64,000 nt of DNA, from NCBI GenBank assembly GCA_964416155.1, contig CAYQCW010000007.1:1-64000 (forward strand), in the 5' to 3' direction. Below, piece after piece: positions 1 through 9,231 of the stretch (position 1 is the first letter of the stretch; the number at the start of each line of letters is the position of its first letter). Source of the DNA: an uncultured Nitrososphaerota archaeon. GTDB lineage: Archaea; Thermoproteota; EX4484-205; JAAOZP01. The notes under the pieces are model-generated. The model was not told where the DNA came from. It did not search any database and saw nothing but the letters and a program-made list of their open reading frames with translations. A program made the translations under genes and the position numbers.

Positions 1-2
1 GG

Positions 3-305
3 GTTGTTTTAAAGGGGAAGACAGGGGAGCAGATGGCCCCGCTTCTCCCAGTGTTTGTGAGCCACTATAACCCTGCTGACTCAAGGTTCGTCGGAAGCCC
101 CATCGACTACGTGATCTTCAGGAACCTCTCCCAAGTGGCAGAAGGCTCCGAGGAGGAGATTGAAATAATTCTTCTCGATGTGAAAGCTGGTCAACAAGCC
201 AGTTTAACTAGAGTACAGCGTAAGATTAAGGAGGCTGTTGAGAAAGGTAGGGTTAAATGGGATACCTTGAGGTTACTGGAGCCTCCTCCATCACCTCCAA
301 GCTGA
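3..305 (+). CDS. Holliday junction resolvase-like endonuclease (Endonuc_Holl/PF10107-like), 5' truncated by window edge
   Basis: Frame open from base 3 (VVLKGKTGEQMAP); motifs EQMAP, RFVGSPIDYVIF, LLDVKAG, Q-x-KIKEAVE typical of this PD-(D/E)xK family. Confidence 0.8.
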   Translation, partial: VVLKGKTGEQMAPLLPVFVSHYNPADSRFVGSPIDYVIFRNLSQVAEGSEEEIEIILLDVKAGQQASLTRVQRKIKEAVEKGRVKWDTLRLLEPPPSPPS

Positions 306-719
306 AGGAAACAATAGTTGCGTGAAAAATGACGAAGTAAATATCATTATCGGCATACTTGGAGTGGAATGCTGCCGAGTCAGACTCAATAACAAGCAGG
401 CTCGAGCAAGAATTTTTAGATTTTTAGATAGTTTTATTCTTCGTTTTTAAGCACCCATATTGTCAATCTAAAATTTTTATATACATTAAGTCAGGGAAAA
501 TATCACGGTATTAAGAATGATTGATGAGGCTCAGCCTCGTAGTGAGTTGTTGGACGAGTTTACAGCTAACCTTGTTAAAGCTTCTAGTTAAACAGGTCTG
601 AACGATATGAACATTTAGTAAGTTTAAGTAGTAGCATACTTAACCTTGCAGAGAGTCTTCTCAAGCAATGGATTCCCAAAAGTTTAAATTTTAGGTTTAG
701 TCCCTGAAAGTGCTGTAGG

Positions 720-1478
720 ATGTACTTAATATTTATCGATGGTTCTGGCGACCCAGGTGATCCTGCCAGAAGAAAAGACAACAGAGGTTCTTCAAAGTGT
801 TACACAATTGTTGGTCTTGGAGTTCATGACCCATATCTTGTACATCTTGATAATAAAATTCATGAAGTATATGAAAAAATCATTGAGCCTTATAGAGAAC
901 TCATGACCATATTAGGTCCATTCAAGAAGAAGATAAAGGAACCACGAAAGGAACTAAAATATTCTGATGTAATCAATAAGAGGGGGATATTTAGATATAT
1001 TAATAGAGACGAGCTTTTCAATTCTATGTACGGACTTATTGAGAGTGCGCAGGCTCTACGGATTATCATAGGTGCGGTAACTGCATCAGAAGATTATAAG
1101 CATCGTATTCATGAGGAAACGGAAAAACAAAAAGGACAGGGAGGACCTTCTGGCAAGATAGAAAGGGAAGTGCTATTTAGGCTTATAAGAGAGTTCAATT
1201 CTCGTCTGGAAACTATTGGAGAGTTAGGGCTCGTTTTTCATGATGCTGATAGAGCAGGGGAGCGAATTGCCTCATTAAGACAGCATTATCAAGAATTGAA
1301 AAGCTGTCAAAAAGTTTATGATACATTAGCGTTCGTTGATTCAGAGAAATCTGCCCCCTTATGGCTTGCCGATTTCTGCGCTTATCCCGTGAGATCTTAT
1401 CATGAGAAGCACGGTGAGAAAAATCTGCATTATGAAAAAATATGCTCTAAGATAATATTTGATATCGTTTTTCAATAG
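720..1478 (+). CDS. DUF3800 family protein (RNase H-like fold)
   Basis: N-terminal YLIFIDGSGD and C-terminal FVDSEKSAPLWLADFCAY match the DUF3800 pattern; AT-rich. Confidence 0.75.
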   Translation: MYLIFIDGSGDPGDPARRKDNRGSSKCYTIVGLGVHDPYLVHLDNKIHEVYEKIIEPYRELMTILGPFKKKIKEPRKELKYSDVINKRGIFRYINRDELFNSMYGLIESAQALRIIIGAVTASEDYKHRIHEETEKQKGQGGPSGKIEREVLFRLIREFNSRLETIGELGLVFHDADRAGERIASLRQHYQELKSCQKVYDTLAFVDSEKSAPLWLADFCAYPVRSYHEKHGEKNLHYEKICSKIIFDIVFQ

Positions 1479-1509
1479 AAAGAATAAGACTACTGGGGGA
1501 GTAGGATAA

Positions 1510-4500
1510 TCCTACTCCGCGGGCAGTCAAACTACCCTCCCAGCAGCTGAAATAATATGCAATACAGCTATATATAAAATTTTCCATACAGTCGTTTTCA
1601 TCAATCCTCCGCCTCCAAACCTGAAGAAAAGCATGTTCCCACCCCTCTCCAAGGCTAGACCATAGAAAACTATGGCTGTAATCCTCCAGGGTAACGCAGG
1701 CGGGGTCAACGCCAACTACGTGATGAGAGTACGGCAGTTCAGGCAGCAGGCATACCAGAATTATCCTCCGATGATGGATCTCTATAGTAGTCCCCTGCTG
1801 GTCAGAGGCTGGGACTATAATGTTACGCTGGCAGGCTTGAACGCTAAAGAAGGATACACCTACCTGGTTAGCCTTCTCTACGGCTCCAGCCTTGTTGCCC
1901 AAGCTGTCTTCAGCCTTACTCCTGAGCCCTCACCGTTCTGGGACTGTTTCTGGAGCGAGGTCAAGGCGAGGATTCCCTGGATACTGGCGACTAGCACGGT
2001 GATAGTTCTCGTGGGCTTTCTCACGGGGCACGGCACAACCGCGGCCTACGCCGGCTTAGCCGTCTCAGTATTGTCCACCATACTGTACCTCGTAGGCGGA
2101 ACAGTGTTGAACTGGGGCGAGATAGAGCAGTGTAGAGCGGCCTACTCCTTCTACAACTGGCTGGCTGAAAGATTCAGGGACTGGAGCTTCGAGCTGAGCA
2201 ACTATACTCCGCCTGAAACCCCAGTGGGGCCGCCGGTTGGAACAGGGGCGCCAGTGTTTAAAGAGTATGAGCCGAAGGGTCCTCTCGCAACGCTCTACTG
2301 GAGCTACTCTCAGTACTTTAGGAAAGTTGCCGCAAGGCTCGTGGAGGACACTGTTCTAGACCTGGTGATTGGGTGCGGCGTAACGGATTTTGAAACAGTA
2401 ATGAACCCGGAGGCAGGGGAGTGTGAAAGAGGACGCGCAACCGGGAGAATAGTGGCCGCAGCACTCTCCTTCACAGCCTTCCTGATAGCGACAAAGATAG
2501 CTAGCATAGAGGCCAAGGCGGCGAACACGAAGACACCGTGAAGCCTCGTTAAAACAGTTAAGGTTTGGGCCACGCCGGCGATATACGACCTTGCCGAAAC
2601 CCTGGTGAGAAGCAGGAGCGTCATCGTTTCCATAGCTAGGAACCCGGGGCAGGCTCTAAGCATTGGGAAGTTCCTCCTGTTCAGGGGGCTTAAGACGCTT
2701 GAGGGTAGGGCTCTGGAAGCATGGGGCTCGGTGAAGAACGAGCTGAAGGATGTTGTGGAGAAGATTGAGGATTTCGCGAGCATCGTGGCGAAGAGGCTGA
2801 AGGATTTCGCCGGTTTCCATGATGAGGCATACAGGTTCGCTAAGGAAGTTGGGCAGGAGGAAACAGTTGAGCTGAGCCGCATGTTCGACGGCGGAGGGCT
2901 CGAAGTACCGGAGCAAACGGAAACTTTTGCAGGGCTCAACAGGATAGCCTTGAAATCTAGGGAGGCTGAGGAAGCAGTCTCAACCTGGCTCATGGAGCTT
3001 GAAGAAGGAAGGCTGAGGAAGGTCGTGGGTTCCGGCCTGTTAAGCGAGGTTAAAGAGTTAGAGGTTAACGGTTTGAAAAGCCTGCAGGTCGCGCTTGAAG
3101 ACCCTGATCGACTGCCCGAGCTTGCAGCCCAGCCGGAGCTGGTTTCCAGCGCGATGCCGACACTCCATGGAGTAAAGTACTATGAGTTCGAGGACAGGAG
3201 GATGACGAGCGGCGGAAGCATATGGCTTATCGGCACGGTTGACGAGGGGCTCTACAGGGTTAGGGCGAAGGTGGAGGGCGAGCCAAGCGTAAAGATGTGG
3301 ACAATCGAAGTTAGGAAGGAGGGGGGGAACAAACCAGATAACCGTCCCAAGCCGGCTTAGAGGAGAATTAGCTGGGAAAATGATAAAGAGGCTGGAAATA
3401 TGCGGGCACGTGCCTGAGCTACACTTCCCGAAACATTTTACACTACAGCCTTTAGAGGAGGATGTCTTTCTCGATTTCGTCGATGAAGCCTTTAAGATAG
3501 GCGGCTTCAATGTGAAATGGGCTAGAATAGGGGAGACGGTTAGAGACCCAGAGCTCGGGCTCGGCCTAACCATCGAGACGAATGTCAAGAGAACTATGGG
3601 ACTCCCATTGAAACTGAGGTTTTACGAGGAAAGGACCGTCAGGTTTTTAGAATCATCGGGCACGCCGCCCAAGGAGAATATTATCCCAATAGAGGGAGCA
3701 TCGCTGGAGGTTAAGCAACTCGGAGATGAGCAGGTAGCGTCCCTAAGGCTCACTCTAAAGTGGAGTGGGAAGAATTGGGAGTCAATCTACCCGATAAAGA
3801 CGCTCGAGCTGAAAGTAGGAGAAAAGTATCCGATGGACTTCTCCGTAAAGGGAGATAGGACAACGGGCCTCCTGAGCGAGGTTAGGAAGGTATTCGGATT
3901 TGATGCTGTTGACGATATTCAAAAGAAAAATGGAAGCTAGAGAGATAAGAGCAAAGATATTATTTGAAGATGGGTCGTCGGCAGAAACGTCGGGAACCCA
4001 GTTAGTCGTAAGGACAGGAGGGGCTCAGAAGGTCGTGGAGATAATGTTCTACGAGCTGATATTAAAACCGTTATTTACTATTGACGGAGCTAAGGAGTAC
4101 TTTAGGAGGTTAGGAATTCAGAAGGAAGAACTGGTCGGCCATCTTGCCGACCGCTATCTAAGTCTTAGGATACGAAGCGAAAGAGGTGGAGGAGAGAGGA
4201 GATGACAATCTTAAAGGACTCTTCGGCGAACTTCAAATAATCAAGCGATATGCGGAGAAGCTTAAGGACATTTAGCACTTGGTTAAGGTGGACGGTAAAA
4301 CCAGATGGTTAGACATAGTTTTGGAAGATATTTTAGTTGAGTCAAAATACTGGACAAATAAGTGGACTTATGATTCGCACTTTAAAGATCAAAAGGGATT
4401 TGAGGAGTTTGTTGATGAGATGAAAACATATGGGGAGGCGAGGAAACAGTTGAATAGGGATAAGGTTTACCTAGTCTTCCATAAGAAGGGAGTGATAAGC

Positions 4501-4617
4501 GATGCTGAGTTCAATGACTACGTGCAGAAGCTCAGGGATGCTTTGGGAGGAGATACTGGCTGGCTGGTCATTTGCCACGGCTTCGATGAGTTCGTTAAGG
4601 CATATGCAGAAGGTTAA
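1510..4617 (+). pseudogene. Fragmented large membrane-associated protein with C-terminal PD-(D/E)xK nuclease (polymorphic-toxin-like); comprises ORFs 1672-2541, 2605-3360, 3380-3940, 3900-4205, 4279-4617
   Basis: ORFs join via in-frame stops (TAG 1663, TGA 2539, TAG 4273) and frameshifts (G7 run 3321-3327, A5 run 3926-3930, ~4160). Reconstructed C-terminus NLKGLFGEL...WLDIVLEDILVESKYW has an E..D..ExK pattern. Confidence 0.65.
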
Positions 4618-4623
4618 AATTCG

Positions 4624-5226
4624 TCACCATACGCTTTCGAGAACCCATCCTCTCTCATTTCTCAGTTTTCTCGCTTCCTCAGGCTTAAGGACAACGAAGA
4701 GATACATATCCGGGTGGCGGATCTGGTAATACCTGTATCCAGTGTGCTTGATCATCCAGTTTAAATCGTTCAAAGCGTGGCCGAACTGCCAGCGGTTCTT
4801 CTCATTCCAAAAGAATTCTAGCATTCTCTCCTCCCTCCTATAGGTGAAGTAAACTCTGCACCAACCCGTCCAAAACCTAAACGGTTTTGTTTCATCCTCC
4901 TCCAGCCTATATTCTTCCCTAGCGTTCATTGGCTGGAACACTCCCCTCGATATGTTAGCCAAACCGTTTAAGAACTTTAAGCCAACACCAGGGTTAGGAG
5001 GATAGTCGAACTCCCCACCCCACACTCTTTTCTCATCGAAAATTGCGACAAACCTGTCGATTTCAAAATCGCTCTCTTTAGACCAATCTTCCTTTTCTAT
5101 TTGAATAATACTTTTCTCCTTCAACCTCTCGAAAATCTCCTCGGAAGTTAAGTTGGAATACTCTTCGAAGAAGCCCAGTTTACGAAGATACTCAATGGAC
5201 TCTATGAAGCGCTCCCTAACGTCCAT
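4624..5226 (-). CDS. Hypothetical protein, candidate immunity protein convergent on the nuclease-tipped gene
   Basis: Intact ~200-aa acidic/aromatic ORF whose stop lies 6 nt from the nuclease stop; own AT-rich promoter region at ~5250. Confidence 0.55.
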   Translation of the reverse strand: MDVRERFIESIEYLRKLGFFEEYSNLTSEEIFERLKEKSIIQIEKEDWSKESDFEIDRFVAIFDEKRVWGGEFDYPPNPGVGLKFLNGLANISRGVFQPMNAREEYRLEEDETKPFRFWTGWCRVYFTYRREERMLEFFWNEKNRWQFGHALNDLNWMIKHTGYRYYQIRHPDMYLFVVLKPEEARKLRNERGWVLESVW

Positions 5227-5308
5227 CAATATTAACTGGGAAGCAGAATATTTAAGTGTCTCGATTCAAGAAACATGAATACGACCTTAACTTTCCAAAG
5301 CTAAAAAA

Positions 5309-5977
5309 CTACTTCCTTTTAACTCCACATTTCGGGCAGTATATTGCACCCTGTGATATGAGAGCCCCGCAATATTCGCATTTAACCATGGCTTTTTTCT
5401 CCGGGCTACTATGCACCCTAGCTCTGTAAGTACGTGGCGACGGAGTGCGAACTATGCCTGTTTCAGGCACCGGCGACTCCTCGCGGAAAGCAATCTGGTC
5501 CTCGACGAATCTTGCAAACCTCTTCGTATCCTCACCCGCGTCTTCGGTCCGCCAAACCATGTCTTTCATAGAAGCAACCGGTATCAACTCGTAGAAATGG
5601 CGTTTAAGCAGTATTCCCAGCAAAATAAAAGCCACCCCCCAAACTAAAAATATGATTCGTAACGCGATTAGATAATGCAAAGGGAAAACGTTCAATATCC
5701 CACCCCATGGCATACTAGAAACCTGCCACATTATGAAAACGCCGATCAAAAATATTACGCCAACCACCAGCAACCAAAGACGAGGCTTCGACCTGTATGC
5801 AACGGAAACGATATGCGAATAGTACAGGGAATATACCTCCTCACTCAACATGCCTTCTTTGTACAATAGGATCCTTTGATTTGTAGCATAGAAAACCCCA
5901 CCCGAGGCTGCTCTTGCAGAAGCAAGTATTCTTTCATCTCTTAACAAGTGGTCTTCAAGCGGCACCCTAATCACCAC
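5309..5977 (-). CDS. Membrane protein with bacterial PH-like N-domain, 2 TM helices and C-terminal zinc ribbon
   Basis: YATNQRIL PH-like motif; two hydrophobic segments; CEYCG...CPKCG. Confidence 0.7.
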   Translation of the reverse strand: MVIRVPLEDHLLRDERILASARAASGGVFYATNQRILLYKEGMLSEEVYSLYYSHIVSVAYRSKPRLWLLVVGVIFLIGVFIMWQVSSMPWGGILNVFPLHYLIALRIIFLVWGVAFILLGILLKRHFYELIPVASMKDMVWRTEDAGEDTKRFARFVEDQIAFREESPVPETGIVRTPSPRTYRARVHSSPEKKAMVKCEYCGALISQGAIYCPKCGVKRK

Positions 5978-6091
5978 TCTGCTCTATTAGCTTGCACCAA
6001 ATATATAAAGCTATTGACACTGCATGCATCAATGTAAGTAATATTTCTAAAACACTAAAGAATTTAAGCATTGTATTGTGCATACAATTAG

Positions 6092-7474
6092 ATGGGTGAA
6101 AACAGACCTGTCAAGATTATATACTGCATGAGATGCGGCTTCCCCAACTCGGCTGATTCCAATTTTTGCGGAAGATGCGGCCTGCCATTGAAAAACACTC
6201 AAGCAATTTACACTTCAGCACCAACACAAAAAACATCTCGACGCAAAACTAACAGATGGAGACTAGCTGCCATTCTACTCTTGCTTTCAAACATTATGCT
6301 ATTTTGCTGGTTTCTCTACCAGATTTCAGAGTGTAGATACAAGTATGAGGCTCTAAGTTTTAATTATGGTGTGCTCGAAAACCGTTTTTATTCTTTGGAG
6401 CGAGATTATAATTCGCTTGAAAACCGTTATTCTTCTTTAGAACGGGAGAAAGCATTTATGGAGGAGTGGTATAACTCCATCAGGAATCAGATTAACCTTA
6501 GAAGCGGAGGGGGAGATGAAAAGCTTTTCGTAACACCCGAAGACCCGATGGTTAGTAGCATCGTAGTTCAGACAACTGGGGAATGGAGTAATACTGCGAA
6601 CCCAGAGGAGTATTGGGAAGACTTGGAGAAGATGTACGACTGGGTGACCACTAATGTAAAGTACAGCTACGATTCCCCATATCCGTTTATGCCTGAAATA
6701 GGAGGCTCAGTATGGTGGTCTATGGAAGTATGGAGGTTTCCAAATGAAACGATCAGAGACAGGCTCGGAGACTGTGAGGATCAGGCCCTGCTTTTAGCCA
6801 GCATGATAAGGAATTACGGGGGTAAAAAATATGCCGTATGGGTAATCGAATGGGCCGGTGCGTCTTCTGCCCACTTAGCGGTTGCGGTGCCTGTGTTAGG
6901 AGGAGATCTTGCAATTTTAGACCCCGCGGGCCGTTTTTACACTAAAGACCAGTATGGAAGGCTAACCCACAAGTATTCTGGTTCGGCAGTGAAAGAATGG
7001 GTTGACTACTGGAGCACTCAGCAAAAGAACATTCAGATTACTCTCGCCCTCTCAGACACTGAGCATCAAACCTTTTCAAGCACGAACGAGTTTATCGAAT
7101 GGGCATTAACAAGCGTGAACCCCTCCCCTCCAAAGTCATTCTTCTTGCTCTATGAGAAGATAGAAATCAGTGCCGCCTTCCCAGAGCCAGTAGTAGGGGG
7201 CTGGAAGGTGCATATTATTTACTTAAACACAGGATCGAAATCCACTGGAATAGACAGCGTGTTCATCAACAACGTACCCTACAGCAGCTGGGGCGCAATG
7301 CTAAACGTCACCCTGCCGATAGATGCAAACGTCGGCGTGCAAAAATCTTTCAACATCTACATTCCTGCTGGTGCTTCATTCGGAGGCCAACGGATAGTGA
7401 GCGGCACCGTTATATCGATAAAGCTTCACTCAACCGGTGGCAAAGAATACTTCACAAGCGTGGTTCTACCTTAA
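6092..7474 (+). CDS. Zinc-ribbon/TM/coiled-coil protein with transglutaminase-like domain
   Basis: CMRCG..CGRCG; TM; heptad repeat LENRFYSLERDYNS/LENRYSSLERE; GDCEDQALLLASM..HLAVAV..ILDP catalytic triad pattern. Confidence 0.8.
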   Translation: MGENRPVKIIYCMRCGFPNSADSNFCGRCGLPLKNTQAIYTSAPTQKTSRRKTNRWRLAAILLLLSNIMLFCWFLYQISECRYKYEALSFNYGVLENRFYSLERDYNSLENRYSSLEREKAFMEEWYNSIRNQINLRSGGGDEKLFVTPEDPMVSSIVVQTTGEWSNTANPEEYWEDLEKMYDWVTTNVKYSYDSPYPFMPEIGGSVWWSMEVWRFPNETIRDRLGDCEDQALLLASMIRNYGGKKYAVWVIEWAGASSAHLAVAVPVLGGDLAILDPAGRFYTKDQYGRLTHKYSGSAVKEWVDYWSTQQKNIQITLALSDTEHQTFSSTNEFIEWALTSVNPSPPKSFFLLYEKIEISAAFPEPVVGGWKVHIIYLNTGSKSTGIDSVFINNVPYSSWGAMLNVTLPIDANVGVQKSFNIYIPAGASFGGQRIVSGTVISIKLHSTGGKEYFTSVVLP

Positions 7475-7660
7475 AACAGGTTGGGCTTAGACGCAGAAAA
7501 CGGCTTCTGGCAGTCGGAGAAGAAAACTGATAAATACTTTAAACACGGTTTTCGGCTCCCCATACATCGACCATCCTCTCCCCATAAACTATAACTGGAT
7601 ATGGAAAAAGAGAAAAATAGGCGAAGAACCAGATATGCAATGTTGTTTTTAAGCGTGCGC

Positions 7661-8167
7661 TCAAACGCAGAAAGGTGTTGAAGAGAATATGAGGAATTTT
7701 CCCGACTCTATCAACGGGAACTCTTCAAGCTTCCCAACCTTACTAACACGATTCTCCGAATCCCTTTCTAAAAGCCTGGACAACATAAACCCCTTCCCCA
7801 AGCCGGAGACAACGAGCGTCAGAAGCCTCTCCTCCGATCCCGAGAATAGAGGAGTGAGAACATTCAGAACACTTTCATCAAGCCTCTCCTTTTTCATTAC
7901 AGCACTGTAGGAATAGCCTAGGAAAAGACACCATCCCTTGCATTTTGAGCAGGGCCGCCTTATCGGCTCAAACGCCGCGACCTCGGTGCTCTTGACAAGC
8001 TCCACAAGCTCCGTAAGCCCCTCGTAGGGAAGATAAAAGTGGGCGACTTGTCCAACCTTCCTACGGTCCGGGCAGAAGGAGAAGGACGCCATTGTACCGT
8101 TCCGATGCTCATCGAGGTGAAGATTTTCCCCCGCTGAAATATGATGAAAATGGCCGCAGATCCTCAT
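7661..8167 (-). CDS. Hypothetical protein (Cys/His-rich)
   Basis: 168-aa ORF with CGHFHH, HLDEH, CSKCKG; no family recognised. Confidence 0.45.
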   Translation of the reverse strand: MRICGHFHHISAGENLHLDEHRNGTMASFSFCPDRRKVGQVAHFYLPYEGLTELVELVKSTEVAAFEPIRRPCSKCKGWCLFLGYSYSAVMKKERLDESVLNVLTPLFSGSEERLLTLVVSGLGKGFMLSRLLERDSENRVSKVGKLEEFPLIESGKFLIFSSTPFCV

Positions 8168-8289
8168 AACGTTCCAAAAATACTCTCAATCTATGTTGAA
8201 GGAGCCTGCCTTCAACCCGCCTACAAGCCAAGCAACCCGCTCATAATAGTCCTCCAGCATTGCGGGCGGCTCAGCATGAATAATCCTGT

Positions 8290-8631
8290 TCAACCATACC
8301 GTTGGAAAAGCGATAATACCAAGCCCCCCACGTTCCTCACAATGGCCTTCCCTATTCTCGGATAGAAGACGGGTTTCCCCCCGAAGTTCAGCACAATAAC
8401 CCTGGAAACGTAAGCCAAGGCTTCCATGAAGGAATCTCTAGTCTCTTGCGAAAGATTCCTCCAAGCATCCTTAAACTCCTCCCTCACATACTCCTCAGCA
8501 ACACGCAAAGCATCCCGCGTGTAGTCTAGGAGAACACCCTTCTTCCTCATAACCTTAGAGACAAAATTCTCAGCCAGCGAAGAATAAGTTTCAAGCCAAT
8601 CGCTAGCCTCAGCATACCCATCCCGCTCCAT
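8290..8631 (-). CDS. Small hypothetical protein, DUF3806/immunity-like, possibly truncated
   Basis: LLDYTRDALRVAEEYV resembles the LDY(S/T)xxSLxxvD motif; followed by LAYVSRVIVLNFGG. Confidence 0.45.
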   Translation of the reverse strand: MERDGYAEASDWLETYSSLAENFVSKVMRKKGVLLDYTRDALRVAEEYVREEFKDAWRNLSQETRDSFMEALAYVSRVIVLNFGGKPVFYPRIGKAIVRNVGGLVLSLFQRYG

Positions 8632-8757
8632 TCTTCAAATTAAAAATAGAATCCTCGGCGCTTTAACTTTATCGAAACCATTAAGCACAGTAACCATCTG
8701 CACCCCAGAAACACCAACACCTATAAACCGAGGAAAACACGTTTCAACAGAAACCCG

Positions 8758-8786
8758 AGAACAACATTAAAAACAACCCTTTAAAC
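8758..8786 (+). repeat. Direct repeat copy 1 (AGAACAACATTAAAAACAACCCTTTAAAC)
   Basis: 26/29 identical to 11484-11512. Confidence 0.6.
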
Positions 8787-9231
8787 TGCGTGTGCTAAGG
8801 AATACCAAACCCTGATCCAAGTAGTGCACGATTTTTGCATAGATGCGTTTTTCAAAGGGTCTCGGCTGATTGATGATAGCACGACCGTGACTGTGAAGGG
8901 GGCTTGCTAATATGATCCTGAATGTCTTCCTAAGAATAACATAGTAGGGAGGTGTGACAGTCCTAGTGGAACAGATAATCCTCTTACTCCTGGATATACT
9001 TATACTTGTTACTGGAACCCTTGTAAATTTAATTCTGATTGTGTGGGTGGATATTGTTGTGTCGCAGATCCAACTGGGCCAGACCCTAGTCAAGGTGTTT
9101 GTGTGGGAAGAGGTATTTATTCTAGAAATCCAAAATATCTTTGCGATCCGCCAGAATGGAATTCTGAGCAATCAATTCAAAATGTTTTTGGTTTAATTTT
9201 AGACTTCTTTTCTCATTTCTTCCAGAGATAA
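8785..9231 (+). pseudogene. 3' remnant of a cysteine-rich secreted protein gene
   Basis: Frame of 9043 is open from ~8785 except TAA at 8908; CKFNSDCVGGYCC, CDPPEW, C-terminal VFGLILDFFSHFFQR; no start codon or promoter. Confidence 0.6.

Noticed and set aside
1663-4275. Stop-codon recoding (Pyl/Sec or alternative code) to explain the in-frame stops
   Set aside because: The stops are mixed (TAG, TGA, TAA) and accompanied by frameshifts; core genes end in all three stops; MttB has no TAG
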